A DNA stretch of 58,450 bases, counting the filler, from Sphacelaria rigidula (lineage: Eukaryota), in assembly GCA_964200075.2 (NCBI GenBank). It is 3 parts of 3 records of this genome, joined end to end, with 100 filler letters (N's around TTAATTAATTAA, not from the genome) between each part and the next. Parts side by side here need not be neighbours in the genome. Positions count along the whole stretch, not along the records: positions 39,057 to 58,450 come from CAXNAA020000675.1; 2 more parts are not named here. The stretch is one strand, 5' to 3'. This document shows, piece after piece, positions 48,925 through 58,450 of the stretch. Position 1 is the stretch's first letter. The number at the start of each line of letters is the position of its first letter. A model generated the notes under the pieces. It was given only the letters and a program-made list of their open reading frames with translations, had not been told where the DNA came from and did not search any database. Made by a program: the position numbers and the translations under genes.

Positions 48925-51661
48925 AAGTGCAGGGTACGATTGGAAGTGAGGAGCGGTCAATTATGAAACAGTTTCACCTACAAAATACCTTTTTTTCTGT
49001 AGTAGCTTGTCACTGAAGCTATTGATATCTCTCGAGTAAGATATCGACATGTAGCTGTAAGCACACGTTAGTGTTACAGGCAGAGAAAACACAGACTGTG
49101 AAATTAGTCACTTGAAAGTGAATGATTAAACCCACTCTCAATCAACGCTCTACTTTCATTTTCACGAAAACAGTGTTTAGTATTAGTCTTGCACGTAAAC
49201 CCATGCCATCAATATTTTGCGTTTTTGATGCCGCGAAAGCCGGCAAGTTGAGAAAGCAGTGCAAGCCGTGCAAAAAATGTCAGTCTGAGTATGAGTACAA
49301 CCACCAATGAAATTACCAACTATTTCACCCCAGATCAACGTTCGCCAGCACAATTCAGTCGAGATCACCACGGGATAGAAATACATGAAACAAAAAACAG
49401 CACATGCACCACCCCCCTCTTTTTTCTTATGCGAAATAAGAGTATCACGAGTACAAGACATGACATAAAAACACGGCAAAGAAGCGATCATGAACGAGAC
49501 TTCTAAATGACGAACCAGATCTCATTCGATGATTCGTTCGGAGCACTCAACCGCGACACAGCATAGACAGCCCTCCCCCACCAGTATGTACAACGAGGAG
49601 CGAACGGGCGCGATGCCGTTTCGTACGAACGCACGGAAACAAGCTGCATCCAAGCGCGATAAACTCACACGTGTTTAAAGGTGAAAACTATTTGTCCCCC
49701 TCAAGCCCCCACAACCCGCCCCCCTCCTTCTCTTTCCTGATCCCGGCTAGAATTCCTCTAAGAAAGCATGCATATCAGAAGACCCCCAAAGAACGTTCCG
49801 ATTGATTTCACCAAATAAGAAAACGCTTATGCCGTCACCTCTGTACCTCGCCCATCACACGCAAGAGCGTCCACAAACGAATAGAATCTATCGTCACCCG
49901 ACAAGGAAATTTCCTCTTCACATGTACCTCCTCCCCAGCCCCCTGCACTGATATATGGTGGACGCACACAAAAATGGAAACAAGAATGTGTACGGACAGC
50001 GAGCACACTCACACACAGGGAAAGTAGACGGAATCGCCATGTGTGTGAGGATGGGGGGGGGGGGGGGGCTTTTTTATCCCACCCCCCCTCCCCTTCCCCT
50101 CTTTCCTCCTGCAATGCTCTATATCGAATTCGCATGCAGGCGTTCACTTGTTTTACTTCTCCGTGCCAGAAAAATATACGAAAAAACAGAAAAGAGGAAA
50201 ACAAAAGCAGCAAGATACTCTCGAAAACGGGAGAAAAACCCTTTCCCCGACCCATATCTTCCTCAAACCTGTTGGGCAGCGCTCATTTGCCTTCTTCTTC
50301 TGACAACACCACAGGTATCTTCGTCCCACTCTCCCCTTCTTCACGCTTTTCGCCTCTAGTTCGTACAACTCCCACGACAAGACAAAATGTTTCGCAGAAG
50401 CGCGTTTTGAAAACGACACCAATCGTTGTCGCTAAAAAAAAACGCGACAATGAAAAGTACACGCCATAGAACATCTCCTTGACAAGGGCCGATGGTGCCC
50501 GCCCCTCAGGCCCTGTGTATCCTCTATTCTCACCCCTCCTCCCCATTACCAGTGCGTTGGCATCGCGTAAGATGCTCCTAGCTATAACATATCTTGTATA
50601 TGGACTTTTGTCGCACCACACAATCATTTCACACGAAGAACAGCATGCCTGTTCATCCTCTATATCCATCCATACTCAACAGTTAAACCGTAAAAGCCAG
50701 GCTGCACCCTCTGTGTGACGCGCCTAAAGGATTTGTATGTCACCGTAAAACTCCTGTGTTAAATAATAAAAAATAAATAAAAGAGAGAGAAAATGGAAAC
50801 ACGCACATGTTCGTCGCTTCGCGCGTGCGTGTCTTGTGTGTATTTTCTCCTCTTCTTCCATCCCCTTTTCCCCATCTTTCTTCTTCTCCCTTCCCTTGCA
50901 CACGTACCATTTTTTTCGCGCGCTCGCTGTTTCTCGTGTACTCATCCTCACTTCCTTGAAACCACGGAAGAAATGAGTCCAATCGACGCGGAACTTGTTC
51001 GATCGAACCCAGCCAGCCTGAAAATGGTTTACTCGCTAGAGAAGCGCAGTCACACACAGCACACAGCACACACCAACAAATCACGGAACAACCACCACGA
51101 CCACCCCACAAGAACCACCACGACCATCCATGTATCTTCCTCTATTCAACCTCGCTGTAAAACCGCATCCCCCAAAAGCAGATGAAAAGAGAGTTTTCGA
51201 AAAGCGCCGGTTTGACTTCCTTCGCAAAGGGAACAGGTATCTCTCATTTTGAACATACACCTTCGCTCAGACGACTCTCAGACAGCCGCGGGTCACACGC
51301 GCATGCACACGTTGGTTGGCGCAGGCCGACATGACAAGCACAAGCACAGAGTACCCCCCCGCTCGACCTCACCCCACCCAACCCTTCCATTAACTTCAAC
51401 CCAGAAACAAATAATCTAAACCCTGTCCTCGAGACAAACTCGAGAAAGCGCACTCGATAGCGGGCATGAAATATACATATTTTCCCCTTCCAATCCATCG
51501 AAATCATACGGGTGGATGCATCTCAAAGCATAGCTGCATGCCTCCAGAACGAAACATCGGAACGCCTCTAAACATCCGCTCGGTCGTGTTCATCTGGGAT
51601 GTTCGATTGCACCACTTCTACGCGTATATCACGCTTCACTCCCGTCAACATGCCCCCCCCC

Positions 51662-51692
<31 letters not shown>

Positions 51693-52450
51693 GCCGATCA
51701 ATATGTTGTGCCCAGGATATGCCTGACAGTTCTAGACTATCATGGGGCAGTAGACACACGAACGAGTCAAAATCAATCAGACACAAGTCGTTTTCCATTT
51801 GTCACGTGTCTGTTGATTTCATGCGCCACACCGACCGAAGTAATCGAATCCAAGTAAAAACGCGGGTGGTCTACCCCCCCCCCCTCCCGCCCCATCCATC
51901 TAATCTCCCTATTGGTGGTTCCATCCCCTCCACAGACACGGCAAAAAAAGTAAGAAACGGAACGTACAAATTAGAACACTCGGATCTTGCACGCCTTGCC
52001 ATGCCAAGGGGGAGGGAAAGGGAAAAAAAGAAGCAAACAGTCAAGAGACAAAAAAACATCTCGTCTCTTCGTAAGAATCTACGATATCCCTCTGAAACAA
52101 AAAATCAACCGTTTTTTTTTTTCCTGCTGCGTTGTTTGGTACATGCTCTTGTAGAGATCAGCAACGCTCCGTGTCATAGCACCTCCTACGCAGCAAATGT
52201 CGCCTTCACCCGCACACATCCTGAAGTCTCCCGAAAAGTCCTCCTTTCCGACGGCAGGATCATGACTCGTCAAGCTGCATACCAAATCGGACGAGACTCT
52301 GTATCTCCGCCAGAGCGACCAGGTGTACGAATCATACTCCTTGGGTTGGTGAAAAATATCAACTGGTGTACTAGGCTCGGTGGACCTCGGGTTGACCGGT
52401 GGTCGGAGCCTTCTTTGGGAGCATTCGCTTGCGTCCATAGTTGGAGCATT

Positions 52451-52519
52451 CTACTTGTCGCTGACGAAGTGAATGAGCAAAGCAGGTGTCGGCATGGCGA
52501 ACATGACCTGCTGCAAGAA
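52451..52519 (-). CDS. PX-like domain protein, terminal coding exon (FLQQVMFAMPTPALLIHFVSDK*)
   Basis: Acceptor ctctttcag|, phase 0, TAG stop; completes the PX-like LExFL...LxxF helix pattern. Confidence 0.75.
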   Translation of the reverse strand, partial: FLQQVMFAMPTPALLIHFVSDK

Positions 52520-55500
52520 CTGAAAGAGTCCGAAAAGAATAGAACAAGAAAGGAAGAGCAACATTCCCCAATAGGAAGGTACATGTTGGTAAGTAAATAT
52601 CACAAGAGATGCAGAGAGAAAACGGGAAACAGGACAAGAGGGAGGGGGAAATGCTTGGTGAAACAGTGAACAGTCTGAATTGCAACTATAGATGAATGCA
52701 TCTATGTCTTTACAACACGTGTTGAGGTAACAACATATGACAAGATTTTTTCCCGTGCCTCACAAGTTGTCTGAACCAGCACACCTCAGCGACCATTGGT
52801 GCATATCGTTCGATCTTGAATCGGAATTTTCATGCATGTTGGCGCTAAAGCATCTAAAAGTCATACAACTGCGGGTGATTGTGGGGAAGGAGGGCGGGGA
52901 GGGGAATTTCTTTGATTTGCAAGTTTGCGTGCTCAGAAAAACACCCCTCACGGCTTATCTTGTCAAAATATTTTTCCATCAAAAAAGTACGGTGGGGAAG
53001 AAAAATTCGAATCTGCTTGGTTTTTATTTCAACATAAATGGTGTGGATATAAGCTCGTGTCTTGTCGAGACGCAAAAAGGAAGCGGAAATAGGAACAAGC
53101 GTCCAAAAGCACCATGTTGATTGATCGTCGCGCGGGTTTATGTATGCGGCGACTCATGAACATGTGTGCTTTCGGGTGCTTACTCCTTTCCTTCGTCTCG
53201 AGAAGACAGCCTAAATGACGACCTATCGTATCAAGAGGCGTTTGATCTTTTTGAACCGGAATGCAGCAGACAGTCTCGTGATCGTACAGGCCGTGCCTAC
53301 CCGCGCCAGCTGCTGGAACAGCTTCGCAGCACAGGTAGCGCGCACGGAGTTTGACAAGCGGAAAATAAGTGGTGACGCCGCACCCTGCGGCGATGGTAAA
53401 ATACTGCACTGCACTGCCATGATCATCACCGTAACAGATGGTGCTGTCCTACAGTACCTTACTGTATATCGATATACTTGGAGAATGACACGGTACTGCA
53501 CTCTTATTTAACCCCTCTCGCAATACTGACTGTTACCACCATGTGTTTATCGAGGGCACTGTCGTGTACTGTGATGATGGAGTGTACTTGCAGTGCGCTG
53601 TACCCTAGGGTAACTCGAGTGTTCTTGACGGATGATTCACTGCCTGCCTGCTGTTCGGCCGCACTATAAACAGAAAGCGATACCACACCCCTGCTGAAAA
53701 AACCCCTCCGTGTACAGAACTATTTCAACAGATCTACGGCACCGTGTTGGGGTTCCCGCAAATCTAAGGTCCGCAAACAGATCACCCGGATTTTGCACCG
53801 ATTGAGGTGTCGGCAGATTCAGGACTTGTCTCCATGAAAACTAGACTTACTCCTCCACTGAGGGGGTACCTGCACATCAAAAGTGACCGACGGAAGTCAA
53901 GCTCTGTATCCTTGTGCCGCAGTGGCTTCAATTTACCGTCAACATTAGACTTCATCACCGAAATAGAGCGTAAGTTAACCTATGTCAACACCCTCGGCTC
54001 ATCGAACAGACAGATATCAAGCCGCCCAGATGCCTGAAATTGTTTGACATCTGAGTATACCGGAATGATGCGTGCAAATCGTTCATCATGTTTTGGGTAC
54101 TTTCCAAGGGTCCGACAAACAAATGATTCGTCTGGAAATTACTTGCATTTAGTACGATTATTCGAACCATACGAGTCAATCCCTCGGCCTTGTTTTCAGC
54201 GTTGTAGCTCCGGCACACGAAGCCCAGACACGTGGAATGGCGCAAAAGTTGCGTGGATATCCCTTGGACCAGCGGTCAACTTTTTTTCTCTCTTGTGGGC
54301 AAATCCTCAACCTTCTCTCGACTAAAAATAAAGGGAAGCATCCCAGAAGGAAGGTGGAGTACTATGAACAAACAAACAAACAAAAAAGCTGCTGTATTGA
54401 TCTTCCTTATGCGTGATCCCGGCTGGTGCGCCCATATATACCGAAAGGTGTAGACCGGCGTCCAGAAAAGATGGGACGACGGCCTAACACACCCACACAC
54501 CACAGACCGCCTGTTCTGGCGGCGAAAGGGTTAATCCCTCAATCCTTCAACAGCGAGCGTCGCCTCGGAACAGCACTTCCACAGGCTGACGGTCCGGAGA
54601 CAGTCGGGGGTTTCCAGTGGCCGGGGGAGGTAGTTTTTGACCGGAGGGGTGTCTGTCCGCAGAACAGCCGAAAAGCTCACCAAGTCAACGATTAGTCTGT
54701 GGAAGTTTCCCGGGAAGATTATGAGCCAAAACGAGGCTCGAGAGGCGCGGAATGACCATTCTGACCGATCACTGTCGTCAAAATGAACGCGTATAAATGT
54801 TCCGCTACAGGTGGACTCCTTCGATGTCTACTGCCATATTTTATTTTGGTCATGGCAATTCAACCATAGATTACATGAGTACGAAGAACTTGTTTGTAGT
54901 CTGCTCGAGGTCTGTGCCGCCCATCTCACGCCTCACGTGTTGCCAGCATAGCTTCACACGGTCTATGGTGTTGTTACATAAGTAGGGGGCATCAGCAGCA
55001 TGCAGTAAAATGTGTTCAGTGGAGATATATGGCGCACTTATACTGTCTCTTGCTGTTGTATCCAATCAGCAAACATACATACTGACTCTGCACGCAATTG
55101 ATTGCAAGGTCGAAACTGTTCAGGGGTTCTCCGTGTCCATTTTCTGTACAGATGTCAAATATCCACAAGTTTATAAAAAAACAGGCGTTTTGTGTCGCGA
55201 GAAAAGAACTGTTCTAAAACTAAGATGAGGTGTAGTCCTAACTCAGTCCACCTGCGGGGGGGTCGCTGTCTGAATCTTGATCTGAAATTTGTGCCGGTTC
55301 AAGAAATGACCTACGCTGGCGGTCAACAGGTTAAACGCACGGTGACAGGCCTGCGCTAGCGGACGAGCACTCGACCGAACCATTGCATGGTACCGATAGG
55401 CGATCTTCGTTACTGTATTGGAAACGGCTGCCGGAGGCAAATCGGGATCCACCCCATGCGTATTGACTTGTCTTGTTGACCGGAACATAAATAGCTTCTT

Positions 55501-55757
55501 GCGATATGAGCCCGATAACAGACATTATCGTGTGTAGTACCGCCCCCAGCGCCCCATGGCCAACCCGGGCCTTTTGGAAAGCTAAACTGAGTGTTTTGCC
55601 CCACGTTCCCGAGGGTTAAAGGTACAAGGCGCCTTGCTGTTGCAGCACTGAACCCATATCCCTCCCCGCCCCGCCCTATACGCCCAGGATAAGGGGTAGT
55701 TACACCAACGTTCTCCCCCCAACCCCCACCCACCCGCCAACGTGAAAAAAAACGCAC

Positions 55758-55986
55758 CAGCTCAAGAAGGTGACACTTGAGCGCCAAGTAGTCCTCGTGC
55801 AAGCAGCGGTAATGCGGCTGGGCCCTGAGAACCCTGCGCCATGCGTTCATGGATGCAGCATCCTTATCCACGCACTGTGCGATAAGCTTGAATTTGGTGA
55901 ACCTTTGCCACCTGGACCAGCTGCGCCCACCTCCCTGAATACGCACCTCGAACTCGGCATGGCGCCCGAAAACAGTGGACACCACC
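55758..55986 (-). CDS. PX-like (Phox homology) domain protein, internal exon
   Basis: Acceptor ttcaacag|, donor CTG|gtgcgt; HAEFEVRIQGGGRSWSRWQRFTKFKLI...YLALKCHLLEL resembles the PX beta-strands, the RRYSDF motif and the final helix; upstream exons not seen. Confidence 0.75.
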
Positions 55987-56599
55987 CTGTTGAATGTGTT
56001 TCGCGTTTGTGTGGAGATGCCGTTTGTCGTTGGGGACGCGAGGAAGGGAGGTGGCGAGGGGGGAGCGGAGAAGGCGATATGTATCAACCATTTATTTGTG
56101 ACGTAGACTTGACGTAGACAATAGTACGTTAGTGTAATAAGTGCGTGTATGCCAAATGTTCCCTTAGACGGCAAGAGTAGGTCATCTGTCGAGTCGGCAT
56201 CAATTTCGCTCGAAAAAAGTACGCATCATCTAGATTGACTACCTTCCGCGCGATCCAGGGGTTAAAACCCTTAGACCGCGGTGCGGGTAGTCCACCTGGA
56301 TCATGCACACTTTTTTCAAGTGAACATTGATGCCGATTTAGTAGGTGACCTACCCTCGGGGTCAAAGGGTTAAGTGAACCTCTGTACGAGCTGGGCCAGC
56401 CTAGAAACGGATTTAAGCTTTCAAAGCAATATCTCATCGGCACAGACGAGTTGGGCCATCATCAGCGCATCGTATTAATCGTCTAATCGAAGAGACGGTG
56501 CCCCTCTGCTCGAAAGTCTGGGCAAATATTTTCTCGTTGATTAAACCCCATGTCTAGTCATTCCCATACCGTACGGAGATGGCATCCATACAAAATCTG

Positions 56600-58450
56600 T
56601 ATCAACCCCGAACGATACATCAAGCGAATGACGATTTTCGGTGTAGGTGTAGACATTCCTTGGAGCACGGGGAGACGACAGATACCCTCACCTTCACCTC
56701 ATTCGCAATCTATCTCGAGATATGGCGCACATAAGTTTCCATTCTAAAATAGATATACAACGAGAAGAGGCACCAGATGCCCAAAATCTGGATATCGAGT
56801 CTCAGTTTTCGAGAGTTGTGCTATGAGATTTTGTGTGGAGAACCGCAATTATATAGTGCATAATGCAAGAAGAGGAAAAAACAGCTTTCTTCATTTTTCT
56901 GGAGTTTCGGGGAGGATAAACACTGCTCGTACGCCTCATCTAAACTTTTGAGCTCAATTGTTAGAATTGTGATTTGAAACTTAGCGTGGACAATCACAGA
57001 AGTAAGCCAAGGAAAAAAATTGGGCCTTCATTTTTTTTGGAGGGGTTCAGGCGTTCTCGTAAAACAATGGTTTTCACCACACTAAAAAAACCATCTCGAG
57101 ATATGGCGCACAAAAGGTTCTAAATTAAAATGAAGATCTTACGACCGGAAAGAAGAAAACAAGAAAAAAAAACTTCCCCACTTTGTTCTGTCAATTGTGC
57201 CCTAGCCACGGCCCACAAGAAATTTCAACACATAAACAACAAACGTGGGCTGGTAAGTGGCCGACAAAGTAATGTTCCGAACTTCTACCGACCCTGTCAC
57301 TAGACGGCCCATTAGCCAGCCAAAAGTTCGAGTTGGACCCTGAAATTTGGTATAAACAATTCATACAGGCTGGTTCACGTCCATCACCCAAAAAACACTC
57401 ATCGGCAAAACCTTACGCCGTTCCAAGGAGTTGGACCCTGAAATTTTGCACGAATGTTCCATGGGTAATCACGCAACTTTCGAAGGTCGAGATTTTTTTT
57501 AACGTCTTTACTTCTTTCGCCGTTTTTCGGGGGTCCCAGTTTCGTGGGGGAAACCTCGACCCAATTGGACCCCCGTAAAACGGCAACAAAAAAATAAGTA
57601 AAAAACCTCGTCCATCCAAAGTTGCGTTATGTCCCACAGCATAATTGCGCCAAATTTCAGGGTCTAACTCCTTCAAAGAGCGTGAGGTTTTTGGCCTTTG
57701 TGCGATGAAGTTTGCCGTACCGCGGTGAAACCGTAAACTACTTGATTTTAGTACCAAAACGCCGTTTTTGGGCCTTCTTCGACGTGAAAATGATAATTCA
57801 AGCGTCAGTTGATCGAGTTTTGCGACGAAAATTTGTGGGGTCCATCCTTGGGTTATGCGGAGGCAGATAGTTTGCGAAAAAATGAAAAGAAACATCGTAG
57901 TGCCGTTTATCTGGGGTCCCAGAATGGAGACTACGTCGAAAAACGACTTCGATCACGTCGCACCCCGGAAAAACGGTGGAAAGCTCAAGAAGTACAAAAT
58001 ATATCTTCCGTAGAAAGTTGCGTAATGATGCATGTCATATTTATGCAAAGTTTCAGGATCTAACTCCTAATGACAGCGTGAAAGTTTGCGCGTTTGTGGA
58101 GGACGTGGGCTTGAAACGTGCAACTCCTAACTACTTGGTTCTAGTACGGAAACGTCTTTATCGGTGAATTTCACGTCAAGGCAAGAAAAACGGTGTGAGG
58201 TTTTCGAGTTTCTCCACCAAACCTTGTACACATATGTTCCTTGGACTATCCCGGGACGCATCATTTCATTATTTTTCTTTTGGGGCATCCTGTACCGCCT
58301 TCCGGGGGATCTTCATGCCGGGACCCTCGGAATCCGGTAGAGAACGGAGAAAACGTGATATATTGTCAAAAATACAATCTTTCCATTTTGAGCACCAATA
58401 CCTACGGAACTGCCAAGTTTGAGGGCGATCTGAGCTTTTCTACAACAGAT
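56600..58450. repeat. Internally repetitive, AT-rich non-coding element (probable non-autonomous DNA transposon)
   Basis: gagttggaccctgaaattt at about 57330 and 57428, inverted at about 57652 and 58048; atctcgagatatggcgcaca at about 56712 and 57093. Confidence 0.55.

Noticed and set aside
51599..52669. 356-aa plus-strand ORF
   Set aside because: Low-complexity and without motifs; antisense to the PX-like terminal exon and its UTR
53223..53501. Minus-strand ORF between the PX-like exons
   Set aside because: The exons on either side already join in frame to complete the domain; no good splice sites

Overview
Eukaryotic, intron-rich and transposon-laden genomic DNA. Splice signals, GC content and repeat types suggest a brown alga (Phaeophyceae), which is an inference. 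Two 100-nt scaffold gaps (19433-19532, 38957-39056) carry an artificial TTAATTAATTAA spacer. Three spliced host genes can be built by hand. (1) The 5' end of a copine-like C2-domain gene (+, exons 629-667, 1055-1146, 3034-3133), whose continuation I could not find. (2) A giant Ala/Glu/Arg-rich coiled-coil gene (+, <19533 to 37922, possibly ending at 48924; about 2,600 visible aa), with only phase-0 introns and nested 200-, 60- and 89-residue repeats. (3) The 3' end of a gene with a divergent PX-like domain (-, exons 55758-55986 and 52451-52519). The rest is decayed Ty1/copia and Ty3/gypsy LTR retrotransposons (one gypsy copy has both LTRs and a GTAC target-site duplication), MITEs, SINEs, fold-back hairpins and microsatellites. 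Most short ORFs in the six-frame track are antisense shadows or noise. I found no clearly novel multi-gene system. The best leads are the repeat-built coiled-coil protein and its possible fusion to the C2 exons, several intronic hairpins or inverted repeats, and the atypical PX-like domain.
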